A stretch of 63,993 nt of DNA, the filler included, from Neoconidiobolus thromboides FSU 785 (taxonomy: Eukaryota > Fungi > Entomophthoromycota), in assembly GCA_025603075.1 (NCBI GenBank). It is 11 parts of 11 records of this genome, joined end to end, with 100 filler letters (N's around TTAATTAATTAA, not from the genome) between each part and the next. Parts side by side here need not be neighbours in the genome. Positions count along the whole stretch, not along the records: positions 31,823 to 37,386 come from MU626746.1; positions 37,487 to 39,037 come from MU626945.1; positions 39,138 to 40,976 come from MU626903.1; positions 41,077 to 54,846 come from MU626609.1; 7 more parts are not named here. One strand, given 5' to 3'. The position numbers were made by a program, and so were the translations under genes. Shown here piece after piece: positions 35,967 to 48,500 of this stretch. The notes beneath the pieces are model-generated. The model saw nothing but the letters and a program-made list of their open reading frames with translations. It searched no databases and was not told the DNA's origin. Numbering within the stretch: the stretch's first letter is position 1; every line of letters starts with the position of its first letter.

Positions 35967-37334
35967 TTAAACATATTTATTAAAAATCGAACTATATTCA
36001 TCCATATATTTCTCTAGATAGTCACCTGTATTTGTGATGTGAAATGATTTTAGATTTTTATAATGCTTTAAAATATACTCAATGAAAATTTCGGAATTTA
36101 AATCATAGTAATTATAAAACATTACATTAGTTAGGCCATGGTTCAATGTCAACTCATTTTTACTAGCTATTGGTGATGGTCCAAAGTCAAAATCACAGTC
36201 TGATATCTCAAGGTTATGTAATTTAGGACATAGAGTATACAAGAAAGTAAAAAAATCATTTCCTAAAGTAAAGCTTGTAATAGACAATTTTATCAAATTA
36301 CAGCTCTTTTTTGGATAAACCTCTTTAATTAAAAATGAAGGATTATTGTATATCATTAAGTTTAAACTTGTGACCGTTGGCATGTTAAATATCGAATGTA
36401 GATGTTTAGTTGAGAGATTATAACAATATTCTATTCTTATTTGATTTAATTTTGGAAATATTCCATCATTTATGACTGTTTTGGATAATTTGACGTCATT
36501 CAATATTAATTCTCTTAAATTAGACACCCCGTTGAATACTAATGTAGTATACCTATGATAATATAATACTTTAAGTTTTGGATAATTGCCTAAATTTATG
36601 ATTACTTCGTCTAGATTATCTACCTCTACATATTGGATATGTAACCTTTTTAATTGTGGAAATTCCTTATTCAATAAATAATCGAACTCTTCTGGTTTAA
36701 TATAAATACCAATCAATTCAAGCACCTTTAAATTGTCGAATTTATTTAACAAATCCTGAAAATATGGTACTTCATTATCATAGTTGTATTTAACTATTAA
36801 CGATGTAATTGTTGATGGCAAATATGGTATTATTGTTGTTTTAAAATAATTATCCAAATTGTCAAGTTCTAGATACTGTAAGTTTTGAAAGATCTCTTTG
36901 ATATTAATTTCATGTGCAAATATGTATTCTTCAGTTGTCATATCATCAATGAAGGTTGTGTAAGTAAGTCCTGTCAGAGGAATATTTTTTAAGTGGTTCC
37001 TTTTTTTTAAATATTTACCTAAATATATGTACAATTTGGTGCTATTTGGGTATACTGAGAAATGCACCGGTAGATTCGAGTATGACCTAAGATCCAAGGT
37101 TTTTATGTAATGGCCATATTTTTTGTAAGCTTCTTTCACTTTTCTATTATCATTATAGTATGAACTTGGAGTTATGTCTCCCCATAGTATGGGCGTTATC
37201 GCTTTATTCCATTCTTTACAGCAAATAAGCAAGTTAAATTTATCCTTATCTGTGAGATGATATAAAACCTCTTTTATCATCTTCCTTTCCAAGTTCTCAA
37301 ATTTAAACGAATTCCTCATATTGGACCTAGTCAA
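35967..37334 (-). CDS. F-box/leucine-rich-repeat protein, paralogue of 33919..35367, intronless
   Basis: FENLERKMIKEVLYHLTDKDKFNLLICCKEWNKAITPILW; shares KKYGHY(V/I)K(S/T)LD, NKFDNL and KE(I/V)YPK blocks with the neighbour. Confidence 0.75.
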   Translation of the reverse strand: MTRSNMRNSFKFENLERKMIKEVLYHLTDKDKFNLLICCKEWNKAITPILWGDITPSSYYNDNRKVKEAYKKYGHYIKTLDLRSYSNLPVHFSVYPNSTKLYIYLGKYLKKRNHLKNIPLTGLTYTTFIDDMTTEEYIFAHEINIKEIFQNLQYLELDNLDNYFKTTIIPYLPSTITSLIVKYNYDNEVPYFQDLLNKFDNLKVLELIGIYIKPEEFDYLLNKEFPQLKRLHIQYVEVDNLDEVIINLGNYPKLKVLYYHRYTTLVFNGVSNLRELILNDVKLSKTVINDGIFPKLNQIRIEYCYNLSTKHLHSIFNMPTVTSLNLMIYNNPSFLIKEVYPKKSCNLIKLSITSFTLGNDFFTFLYTLCPKLHNLEISDCDFDFGPSPIASKNELTLNHGLTNVMFYNYYDLNSEIFIEYILKHYKNLKSFHITNTGDYLEKYMDEYSSIFNKYV

Positions 37335-37486
37335 AGTAAAAAAAATAAAGAAATAAAATGTTATGTTTCTTTATATACTCAATGATNNNNNNNNNNNNNN
37401 NNNNNNNNNNNNNNNNNNNNNNNNNNNNNNTTAATTAATTAANNNNNNNNNNNNNNNNNNNNNNNNNNNNNNNNNNNNNNNNNNNN

Positions 37487-37999
37487 ATCTTTAACTTGAC
37501 TATCTAAAATAAGTGATTCATCTAAAGAATATCTTCTTACTTGTTGTTTACTTGAAACTTGAATACCATCTATTTCACTTAATGAAAAGGAACGCGGCTT
37601 AAATCGGGGCTTTTCTTCTTTTTCTTCTCTAAAAAATAAGGTACTATTCTCAATAGTAGGTGAATAAGCTATATTACTACTCATCAATTGATCAGGTGTG
37701 TTACCCTTTGAATTATCGATAACTGCTTCATTTATACTCTCAATAAGTGGGTTACATGTAACTAATTGATTTGAAAAAGTATCACAACTGTAATCATTAA
37801 TCATATCTTTATCAAAAGATATATTATTTAAGTGTTCATTTAATTGATGGTAAATAAAAGGCATAGAATAAAAGGATTGATTAACACAAGGAGTATATGA
37901 AGGTTCATTCAATAATGTAGAAGATAAATCGGTAGAAAACACAACATCCTCTTGGTTTAAATAATTCAAATCGTTATCACAAAGAGTACTAAAATTCAT
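37487..37999 (-). CDS. N-terminal fragment of a low-complexity, possibly regulatory protein; 3' lost in gap
   Basis: 171 open codons to the gap; acidic/Asn/Ser-rich with RSFSL and RRYSL kinase-type sites; no diagnostic domain visible. Confidence 0.55.
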
Positions 38000-39369
38000 T
38001 TGATTTAGTTTTTATCGTAAATGAAGTGTAAAGAAAGTAAAAGTATCATTTATATGGCGTTTCGTTTTTGTAAGCTTATATAATCAATTGATGTAATTGT
38101 TTTGGATTTAAGGATAGTACTTATGGCACTTTCTCAAGTTAAGCATTATAACTTATGTTTTTTGATTATTTTCTTACTAAGACATTGAAGTAGATTATAG
38201 ATAAGAAAACTAAGGTAACAATTAATATAATGCTTATTATATGTTTAATTTAAAACAATTATAAATTATCATTCTTTATAAATAAAATAAATAAAGCATG
38301 CTTTAAGATAGCGTATCTTAATTTAATTATAACAATAAATATTATATTTAATAACTTAGTTTTCAATTAATTTCATATAAATATGTTAAATATTAAAACT
38401 TTATTTGAAAAACTTTTTAATATTTTTAGCTTTTAAATCAAATAATTCTAAATGGAAACAATTAATCTTGAGGTGAAAATTTGATTTAATTCATAAGAAA
38501 TGTTTTTAACATATTTTAAATTGTAATAAAAATAAGATGCTAAGATATAAATATTAAAAGCTAATTTATACTTTATCTATCAGCACATTCAATCAAATTA
38601 TTTACTTTCTGGAATATGACTTTACAATGAACTAAATTTAATAGAAATTAAATGCATTAGAAAGTATTTAAAAAAGATAAGGTTAAAGTTATTCTTATTT
38701 TTTAATGATATATATTAAGTAGAGATATCAAATATAATAAGTTAATGCATTTTATGTTTATATTTGTATAAAGTATATAAACAATTCAATCTCTTTCTTT
38801 TGATTTCTTGTTATGAAATTTGTTTTATTTTTAAAATCAACTCAACTCTATTTTTAACTCTATTAGTTATTTAATTTATTGAGCTTAATTTAGATTATAC
38901 TATTTACTTTACATTTGTTTAAGAAGGCTTTGAAACTCTCCTTTTCTATTGGCCAAGTATTGAATTTCATTATATCAACCCATCAGTTAATATATCACTA
39001 AGTTTAAAGACCTCAAAGTCCTAGTATTTACATATACNNNNNNNNNNNNNNNNNNNNNNNNNNNNNNNNNNNNNNNNNNNNTTAATTAATTAANNNNNNN
39101 NNNNNNNNNNNNNNNNNNNNNNNNNNNNNNNNNNNNNATCAACTTAAACTTGGTTTAGAATGCAATTATATCCAAGAGTTACCTCCTAGCTATTAGTTCA
39201 ATATTGTAAATATTGTTTATAATTTTTTATTTAAAATTAAATAATTGTTCTTCAAAAAGTATACAACATATATATATATTGTTTAAAAATTAATAGCTTG
39301 ATAAAGTGATGAAAGAATGAAAACAGCGTTTGGTATAAAATAATAATTTCTAGTTTTGAATTGTTTAAT

Positions 39370-39476
39370 ATATGGGGATATATTTTTATGTTTAAGAGTT
39401 TTACTAACAAATTTTCCGCTTAAACAGCGTTTAAAAAATGGAAGAAATAATGAAGTCAGAAAAGACATCCCCATAT
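39370..39476 (-). mobile_element. 105-bp MITE family copy 10
   Basis: atatggggatatattttt...ttccgcttaaacagcgtttaaa...gacatccccatat. Confidence 0.87.
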
Positions 39477-40697
39477 AATAAAATAGTATCAAATGAATAT
39501 AAAAAGTTAATGTTTAAGGCAATATAATAGGTAACTTATTTTGTCCTAGTTTAAAATATAAAAAAGCTTCTAAGATTGAGTACTTTTTTATCCTTAATTT
39601 AATTCAACTTCTTATCTGGGGTATTAAAATAGCTATACTATGAAACTTCATTATTGACAAGTACTCTTATTAAATTTTAGCCCATTTGGATCGATTTTAA
39701 GATCATTAACACTAGGTCAAATAGGCTATCTTTTTGACTCTAGTCTTTTCTAGTATACATAGAAATTAATTCTTGGTTCGATTGCAATTCTTATCTTTGT
39801 AACAACACTTCATATATCTTGTTAATATAAAAAAAACCAATCAATCTAAATGGGTTGATTTTTCAGCTTATATTAAAGAATCAAATGATACTTATTTTGC
39901 ACAAGTATTTATACAAATAAAACTGTAATTCTTTAAATTTTATTTTAATACTTTTTTTGTACTATACATAATACTATTTAATTTAATATACTATCCAAGG
40001 TAACTTAAAAAAGGGTTAGAATGGTATTAGAATATTTATGATTCGACAGTATTTTAGATATCATGAACACATATAAGTGTCCCAAATCATTATCTGAGGC
40101 TTGACCTATCGTAGCCTTTTATTTAAGATAACAAACAAAAGCTGATGGATTTATTTGACACAATCGATCTTTTTGGGGTGATTCGATCTAAAAGAGTCAT
40201 TTTGAAAAGTACTCGTTAATAAACTAATTTGTTTACATTTGGTCTTTTAATATTGAAAATTATTGTCAAAGCATGCAGTTAATGGATATATATAACTTGA
40301 AAATAAAGAAAATAACTAATCATTATTTATAATATATGATACATTTTTGAGAATAAAAGATTTATAAAATTATACATACCAATATAATTCCTTAATAGTC
40401 ATAGATAGAAAAATAATAGGCTTTTAACAGTATTTTTATTTTTTTGTATGTATAAGAAGTGGTAAAAGTATATAATTGCAGCAGTCATTCGCTTTCACTA
40501 GATTGTATTTTTATTTTCATGTAGCAAAAGCTTATGATACAACTAGTAACATCTCTTACTTTTTTCGCTAAAAAAAAGTAGGATTTCTTGAAAAAACCGA
40601 AAGCAGGTTTAAATTAATAAAAAGAAAAAAGAAAAAGTTAAAAAGAAAAAGAAAAAAGTATAAAAAGCACTGAAATGACATTTCGAAATTAATTAAA

Positions 40698-40976
40698 ATG
40701 GCACTTGATACTTTTGTAAATATTGCTATCTCACTTTTAGTATGTGTTTTTGGAATTGCAGTGGCATTCTATATAATTAGTTGTAGGTATAAGCGTGCGA
40801 AAGAAAGGCTTGAAAAGACGAAAAGACTGGAAAGAGAAGAAAATATAAACAGAATTATTCAAATGAGACGTAATGATGTGACGATTCAATTAAGCGAAAT
40901 AAGGATTGAAAACAACTTGAAAAATAAGACTAAATTTAAGGCAACTGTTGGAGAAGAAGAAAGGATAATACTAAAA
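40698..40976 (+). CDS. Single-TM membrane protein, N-terminal fragment cut by gap
   Basis: Hydrophobic VNIAISLLVCVFGIAVAFYII followed by a basic, coiled-coil-like stretch; function unknown. Confidence 0.55.
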
Positions 40977-41111
40977 NNNNNNNNNNNNNNNNNNNNNNNN
41001 NNNNNNNNNNNNNNNNNNNNTTAATTAATTAANNNNNNNNNNNNNNNNNNNNNNNNNNNNNNNNNNNNNNNNNNNNATAATAAATATTTCTCAATAAAGT
41101 TTTATAAGAAT

Positions 41112-41296
41112 ATGTATTTAAGATCTATTAGAAATTCAACTAAATTACAGTATGAGCTATAATAGAATGATTTAGAACTGTGTCTGCGTACTTTTGTTTT
41201 GATAAAAAATTTATTTTTAGAATTTTAAGCAAGTTTTAAAATACAAAATTTTTAAAAAATTGGACAATAATGAAACTAATTCAGACAACCCCATAT
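41112..41296 (-). repeat. Longer repeat sharing one terminus with the 105-bp MITE (copy a)
   Basis: Reverse complement of 54656-54846 over ~185 bp; ends aatgaaactaattcagacaaccccatat. Confidence 0.8.
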
Positions 41297-41509
41297 TATA
41301 AAAATAATTATTATAGCTTTGAAGCTAATTATTGTTTTTTATAGCTAACGTTATGTTTTATATCTTTAATTATAACAATCAATTATATTAAAAATCTAAC
41401 TATACAACTAAATTTAATTTGTTTTATTAATTTTATTGGTTGTACTTAGTTTAAAAATGATTGATAATAAAACTATTAGTAAAATTTTATTTTATTTTTA
41501 TTTTAAATA

Positions 41510-44500
41510 ATGAATAAGCTACCTTTAAAATATTATATATATAATATTACTAACCTTCCTACTAAAATTAGTGATACTGAGCTTAATGAAGTTTTAATAA
41601 AATATGGCAAAATTGATAAGCTAACAATTAAAAAAAATAAAGACTTATTTGATTTTATAACAGCAGAAGTTGTGTTTAACCCATTTAAAGATGATTTTTT
41701 AACCCAGAGTATTTATATTAGAGATTATAAATTAAATATACAATTAAAAAACAAAATGAATAATCAGCTGTATAGACGTCAGGTTTTTCCAATAAATAAG
41801 ATACAGCTGGGTAACTTTACTGACGGAATTTTTGACTTGGAATGGGATATAAATTTAAGCAAAGAAAATGGGATTTCGACTAATTCAAAGTTTATAGTCC
41901 ACTTTATTCATACTGAATTTATTATCTTTTTCAACTATCAAAATAACGAATATAAAGCAATCATCAGTTTTCAAGATGTAAGAGAAAAGCTGATACTTCA
42001 AGAGAACGGCAGTTCTGTTTCATTAGTTATCAATTTAAATCGACCCCCTAAGTTTTGGATCAAAGAAAAATCAACAGAGCAACAAAGTGGCTTGTGGGAA
42101 AGGAATAGATATCAAAAAAGGATTATAGCTATTTATACAGAAGAAGATAAAGAACATTTTTTAGACGAAAGCCCTTTTGACGTGTCCTATAATTACTGTA
42201 AAAAAATAGGGTATTGGTTATCTTGGCGTTTCAAATTTCGTTTTGGGTTTTCTTATGACAAAAGAGTTTTTGAGAGGGTATTGAGAGATTTATCTAAATA
42301 TAATTTAATTGAACAACCATTCAACTATCAAAAATATGAAGTCCATAAGAGCAATACATCAGCGGATAAGATAAATAGTAATTGCATGCTACCTTTTGAC
42401 TTAAGTTATTCAGTCGAAAGTATCATTTCTCTTAATTTAACGTCTCGCAAATGTATTACAGAAGATTTTATTAATTTGTTAAAGGATAAGAACTCAAAGC
42501 GTAGGACTATTAACCAAGGATTTGAGAGGTTATGTTCTGAAGGGAAGTTTATTTCAGATTTATATGAATATTTCTATAAACATATAACATCAAAGTCTTT
42601 AATAAAAGGGTTATGCTTTCAGCCATCACACTCTGTTTTAGTAAGGAAAGTAGCTATAACACCTACTAAAATTTACCTTTTACCAGCAACCCTTGAGATG
42701 ACAAATCGGGTTATTCGACAGTATTCAAGTGTAAAAGATAGGTTTTTAAGAGTTGTTTTCTGTGATGAGAATATGAGACCATTAGGAGCGAATAAAGAAA
42801 CTAACCACGATATATTGATCCGATTCTTTTGTATACTTAGGTATGGACTAAAAATAAGTGACCGTAGATATCGTCTGTTAGCTTTTTCTTCAAGTCAATT
42901 AAGGGAGCATGGATGTTGGTTCTTTTCAGATACTGAGGATATTACAGTTGAAGCAATACATCAGTGGATGGGTGATTTTAGTAGTATACATAATGTTGCA
43001 AAGTATGCTGCACGTATGGGACAATGTTTTTCTAGCTCTAAAGACGGAGCTGAGCTTGAAAATTATAATGTTACTGAGATACCTGATATCAAGAGAAATG
43101 GTTGGACCTTTTCGGATGGGGTTGGTAAAATATCGAGCGAATTACTGAAAAAAATTGACGGAAAATTGGATCTTCCCAATCCACCTAGTGCCATACAATT
43201 CCGGATGGGTGGCTATAAAGGAGTTGTTACCCTATCACCAGAGCTTGAAGGTGAACAACTTTGTTTAAGGCCCAGTCAAAAAAAGTTTGAGTCTAACCAT
43301 TTAGTACTTGAAGTAATACGAATAGCAAATTATCGCTGTGCACATTTAAACCGACAGGTTATTATACTCTTGACTGCCCTAGGTATCGAAGACTCTGTTT
43401 TTATAGAGTTACAAAATGAAATGGTACAAGAATTATCAAAAATGAAGCAATCTCTCAATAAAGCTATTTCCGTACTAGCAAACCATACCGATGAATATGG
43501 AGTTGCGAAATCTTTGATTAAGCTTATTCAAGCTAATTTATTTCATTCAAAAGACAACTATATTAGAAATATGCTTGATCTCGTTTACATTTATGTCTTA
43601 ACAAATTTAAAAAATAAAGCAAGAATTCAGGTACCAAAAGGGGCCCTTTTAATTGGGGTTATGGATGAATATGGTGTCTTAAATGAAGGTGAAATCTTTG
43701 TTCAATGTTCCAATTCAGAAAACTTGAATGATTTCAAAATAGTTACAGGTGAGTGTATTGTAACTAGAAATCCATGCTTTCATCCAGGTGATGTCCGAGT
43801 GGTCACTGCAGTTGATAAAAAAGAATTAAAGCATTTAGTGAATGTAGTAGTATTTCCATCCACAGGATATAGAGATATACCCTCCCAATGTAGTGGCGGA
43901 GATCTCGATGGCGATGAATTTATAGTAATATGGGATCCAAGACTTATACCAAGCCTAAAAAATGAGCGACCAATGAGTCACTTACCAGCCAAACCTAAGT
44001 TTCTTGAAAAAATAGAAACGCTTGATATATGCATATTTTTTATCAATTATATTTTAAACGATAATCTTGGCGCCATTGCCAATTCCCATTTAGCCTTATC
44101 CGATGCACGTCATAATGGTGTTTATGATACTGATTGTTTAACCTTAGCACAACGTCACTCTAGGGCTGTTGATTTTCCAAAAACGGGTATACCAGCTGAT
44201 TTAGAAAATGAACTAAGAGCTAAAGAGTTTCCCGATTTTATGCAAAAGGAAGATAAGCCAATGTATACATCTAAAAAACTGTTAGGAAAGCTATATCGAT
44301 CGTTAACATTCGGTTCTTTTTCACCAACTAATTCGTTTGATTTAAACCCTATTTTAAGAGTTGAAGGGTATGAAACATATATTGCAAGCGCCATTCGTAA
44401 TAAAGCAGCCTATGATTCAGCAATTGAAAATTTAATGCTTCAACATGGTATCAATAATGAGTTAGAAGTTGTTTCTGGGTATATACTAAACCATCGAGAG

Positions 44501-44977
44501 ATGGGCAAAAAAAGATCGTATCGAGTAAGGGTCAGCTTAATGGAAGCTATGGAAGATATTAAAAAAGATTTTCGAACTATTTTTTTTGAAAAATTGAAGG
44601 TCAAAGGACAAAATGAAGTAAGAGGCAAAAATATAATAGAAAGTTACAAAAAAGCATCAGCTTGGTATTTTGTTAGTTATGATAAAGGATTTAATAGGGA
44701 CATGCAATCCAATTTTAATACTTTTTGTTGGGTTATTTATGATGTACTTTGTGAAATTGTTGAATCAAAAAGAGAAAAGTTAGCTACTTTTACTAACTTC
44801 CAATTTAACAATAAGGTAATCGAAAAACGGACAGAAGTAAATGATAAACCAGATAAGGGAAACTATTCTATCATCAATGAGTTTATGGATAATAAAAACC
44901 TGATGGAAGAAAGAATAGCGTATAACACATTGGGTGATAGGTTAACCACACTCAAGATTGGGGATGGGATTATTTAA
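41510..44977 (+). CDS. Cellular RNA-dependent RNA polymerase (RNAi RdRP) with N-terminal RRM-like region, intronless
   Basis: ITPTKIYLLP, NRVIRQY, FLRVVFCDE, FSSSQLREHGCWF, AARMGQCFSSS, FSDGVGKIS, QFRMGGYKGV, RNPCFHPGD and catalytic CSGGDLDGDEF. Confidence 0.96.
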   Translation: MNKLPLKYYIYNITNLPTKISDTELNEVLIKYGKIDKLTIKKNKDLFDFITAEVVFNPFKDDFLTQSIYIRDYKLNIQLKNKMNNQLYRRQVFPINKIQLGNFTDGIFDLEWDINLSKENGISTNSKFIVHFIHTEFIIFFNYQNNEYKAIISFQDVREKLILQENGSSVSLVINLNRPPKFWIKEKSTEQQSGLWERNRYQKRIIAIYTEEDKEHFLDESPFDVSYNYCKKIGYWLSWRFKFRFGFSYDKRVFERVLRDLSKYNLIEQPFNYQKYEVHKSNTSADKINSNCMLPFDLSYSVESIISLNLTSRKCITEDFINLLKDKNSKRRTINQGFERLCSEGKFISDLYEYFYKHITSKSLIKGLCFQPSHSVLVRKVAITPTKIYLLPATLEMTNRVIRQYSSVKDRFLRVVFCDENMRPLGANKETNHDILIRFFCILRYGLKISDRRYRLLAFSSSQLREHGCWFFSDTEDITVEAIHQWMGDFSSIHNVAKYAARMGQCFSSSKDGAELENYNVTEIPDIKRNGWTFSDGVGKISSELLKKIDGKLDLPNPPSAIQFRMGGYKGVVTLSPELEGEQLCLRPSQKKFESNHLVLEVIRIANYRCAHLNRQVIILLTALGIEDSVFIELQNEMVQELSKMKQSLNKAISVLANHTDEYGVAKSLIKLIQANLFHSKDNYIRNMLDLVYIYVLTNLKNKARIQVPKGALLIGVMDEYGVLNEGEIFVQCSNSENLNDFKIVTGECIVTRNPCFHPGDVRVVTAVDKKELKHLVNVVVFPSTGYRDIPSQCSGGDLDGDEFIVIWDPRLIPSLKNERPMSHLPAKPKFLEKIETLDICIFFINYILNDNLGAIANSHLALSDARHNGVYDTDCLTLAQRHSRAVDFPKTGIPADLENELRAKEFPDFMQKEDKPMYTSKKLLGKLYRSLTFGSFSPTNSFDLNPILRVEGYETYIASAIRNKAAYDSAIENLMLQHGINNELEVVSGYILNHREMGKKRSYRVRVSLMEAMEDIKKDFRTIFFEKLKVKGQNEVRGKNIIESYKKASAWYFVSYDKGFNRDMQSNFNTFCWVIYDVLCEIVESKREKLATFTNFQFNNKVIEKRTEVNDKPDKGNYSIINEFMDNKNLMEERIAYNTLGDRLTTLKIGDGII

Positions 44978-45558
44978 AGTCTATATATATTATATTTGAA
45001 ATAATATTTGAAATTTATTAATGGCTAAAAGAGCAATCTAATTGTACAAAGAATTTTTATTTTGTATTGAGAATTATTTATCTAACCTCGTTATTCTATT
45101 TATTTTTATTAAAAGTTCAAGTTTATAATTATTTATTGTGATAATAACGTACTATTTAAAAGTTCTAGATATGTTCATGATTATTGTTATCTTTATCCTA
45201 TATTCTCATCTTCTATATAAAACATTGTTATAGTTTTTATAAAACATTTTGGTATGCCCTTCTATATATGCTTTAAAATCTAATCGGATACTATCAATTT
45301 GATAGAAATGAATTGCACTAAAGCATTTAGTGTTTAAAAAAATTAATGTATACAAAATATGATAGATCAACTCAAAGCTTTTGATCATTATTTAATTGTT
45401 TTTTCTCCCTTATATTTATATCAAGTTATATTATTATAATCTTTTTTGATTTTGTGTATTTGGTTTCTTACTTCCACTGCATTTTTCATTCTCTTTTTTA
45501 AGGGTCCAAAAATGTTGGTCTAGGTTTACAAACTACAAAAAAACTTTCTTCTCTTAAC

Positions 45559-48500
45559 ATGTATTTCGAAGCAATTAATAAGAGCGCTGCTGTCCAACAA
45601 AATGAAGAAAAAAAAGCAAATGAAATTAAAGACAAAGTAAGTTGAAACTAAATTTATTGAAAGTTAGTACATGGATATAAATCAATCATATTTTATAGGT
45701 AAAAGAGTTACGAAAGGAATATATAGAGTCACTTGAAAATATACAAAAAAAAGAATATTTAAAAGCAAAAATTAAGTTGTTAAATTTGGTGGATGAATTT
45801 GAAAATGGAGCAGTAAGTAAAAGACTTGGTCAACTATTGGAATCAAAGGTAAATGGGTAATTAATTTGTTAGATTATTTATTTAAATATATTAAGGAGGA
45901 AGAGATGGAAGATTTATTTGCCAAAGAAATCCAACAGCTTTTAAAATTTAGCTACCAAAATTTAGCTTTTTTATATGAGCAAGAAGTCCTAAATTCGGAA
46001 GGTAAAAGTAATCAATTGGAGCTCAATCAGAAGATTTTGATGCATTATAAAAAGGTGAGTTGTTGTCGTAAACTATAAAAAATGGTTAAATAAAACAAAA
46101 ATCATAGGCAGCAGAGTATGGGCTTGATATCCAATTAATAATAAAAATAGGCAATGCATTAAAAGCTCAAGGCTTACTAAATCAAGCGAAATTCTATTTT
46201 GAAATGGGATTAAATAATGAGCTATATTCAACAGAAGAATTTATTAATATTTTAAAACAACCAGCAAAGTGGGATTGTTTAACAAAACTTATCGAGGTTA
46301 GTCGTGTTTTTCTGAGTTTTTGTTAAATAGTATAGTTATTTTTTTAGGTTTTATATGAAATTAAAGACTTTCAGTCTTGTAATGCTTGGTTGGAAATGGC
46401 TTTTCAAGTTTATCCTTTTTTTAAAAGAGGAAAAGAGTTGGTTTTATTGATGGAAAATAGTGTCAAATTGGATAATGTTGGGTAAGTTATTTTATATTTT
46501 ATATTTTACATTTTAATACCTAATATTTTTAGAATAAATAAAAGTAAAACAGAAGAAATAGAGGAAAAAGAGATTCAAGAGTTACATATAAAAGAAGCAA
46601 GTATTGAATTAATTGGAAACTTACTTATAAAAACATATCAACAAAATATTCAAAATCAAAAAAATAATCAATATAAGTAAATTTAGTTTGTTTGAGAGAA
46701 TTATTTTTTAATCTTCTTAGAATAATAACAAAAGAAAGTCCAAGGTTACAAAAACTTAATGACTTGAATAATCCAACACGAAAATCAAGTACAACCTCAA
46801 TATTGATTGATTTGACGGAAGATGAAGATATGGATATTGAATTGAATGCACCTATGACACGCAACGCAAGTAAAAGAGTCTTAGAAAAATATAATAAAAA
46901 TGAAAAAAAACGATTTAAAGGAGAATTTTTTTCTATTAATGTTAATAAACATATAAATAGAATATTTGAACAAGTTCAATTAAATAATCAAGATTATGAT
47001 AAATATCATACTCCATTAATTGAATTGTCTAATTCTATTGATGAGTTTGGTGATGTATTGGCTTGTCTATTGGCTATTTTTACTAATCAAAAAGAGGGGC
47101 TTGAAATTAATTTAGATTCTATAAGTGAATGGAAAGAGTAATTCATATACTAATTATTATAATTATAAATAATTTGTTTTTAATTAGTAAGTTTGAAGAT
47201 TTGTGTCATATAAAAGGAGAAAAAAATATTTTGAATGAATGTTCTGATATTAACAATAATGAAAAAGAAGAATTATATGAATTTATTCAAGAACGAAATA
47301 ATCTAAATTTATCGATTTATGATTGGATATTAGATTACTTATTAATTTTACTTGGTATTTCAAATCAATATTCATCGTTCTATTTTAATTATTATTACAA
47401 CATCTCATCTAAAATTATTTTGTGTGATTTAATTTTATATTTTAGTTCATCTATTTATGATTTTATTTCAACTTGTTTTGAAAAAGAGAATTATACTGAG
47501 GTAGTTATTAATTTATTTTATATATATAACAATAACATATTTAATATTTAATATTTATTAGATATGTTTTAATATTTGTGAAATTTTATTAAGTATTCAA
47601 CAAAATTATAATGAATATGAAAATCAAATGCAATTAAGTAAAGGATTAATGATCGATGATATACTTGAATTTTGGTTGATGCACTTGGATATTAAAATGG
47701 AGCTTAATGATAATTTAAATTCAAATACTTTAGTAAGGTAAATCATTAATGTAATAGAATAAATAAAAACAAATAAATAATATTAAAATAAATAGATATT
47801 GGTGGTTAAAATCATGGTTATTTCATTATAATAAAGAATCAACTAAAGAATTACAAGCAATTAAAAAAATAATTCAACTTAAAGAATCGGATTTAAATAA
47901 TACAATAAAAATAAAGGATTTTATAAATAAGTAATGATCTTTATTAATAATATAATATAATATAATTAATTGATTTTAATTAGTATAAAATCAGATGTTA
48001 ATATGGATCAACTTAAAGAAAGAATAAATAATATAAAGAGAAACATCAATTTAAAGTTAATAGAAGATGGGGAATTATCAGGTGATAAGATAGGAATTTA
48101 TTATTTACAAGTTTTAAATCAATTAAAACAATTTCATGAATTAAGTTTATTTAAAAATAAAAATAAAATTATTAGTAATGATATTGATTTATTAAAAGAA
48201 TATGGTAATTTACCTGAATTATTATTAAAAGTAAGATCATTATTTATATTATATTATATTATTTATTTTATTCATTAATTGACAAATTAAATTAGATGTA
48301 TGATTTAAAAATATTTGAACAAAATAATAGTTTGATGGACAAAAACAATTCAACTCACGAAAGTTCCATATTTTTTAGTTGTTATATTGGAATTGAAATT
48401 GAAGTTTATAATTTACTTGAATTAGCATTTAGAAATTCCAAATATATTAAAATTAAAAAAGAAAACGATAAAAAAGAAAACATACAATTCAAACAAAATA

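Noticed and set aside
41510-44977. RdRP as an endogenous viral element
   Set aside because: Motifs (DLDGD double-psi barrel type, RRM-like N-terminus) are those of cellular RNAi RdRPs, not viral GDD palm polymerases.
45206-45388. 60-aa minus-strand ORF between RdRP and HIR3; also 30954..31145 and 51823..52011
   Set aside because: Non-ATG or AT-rich intergenic or UTR translations without coding features.
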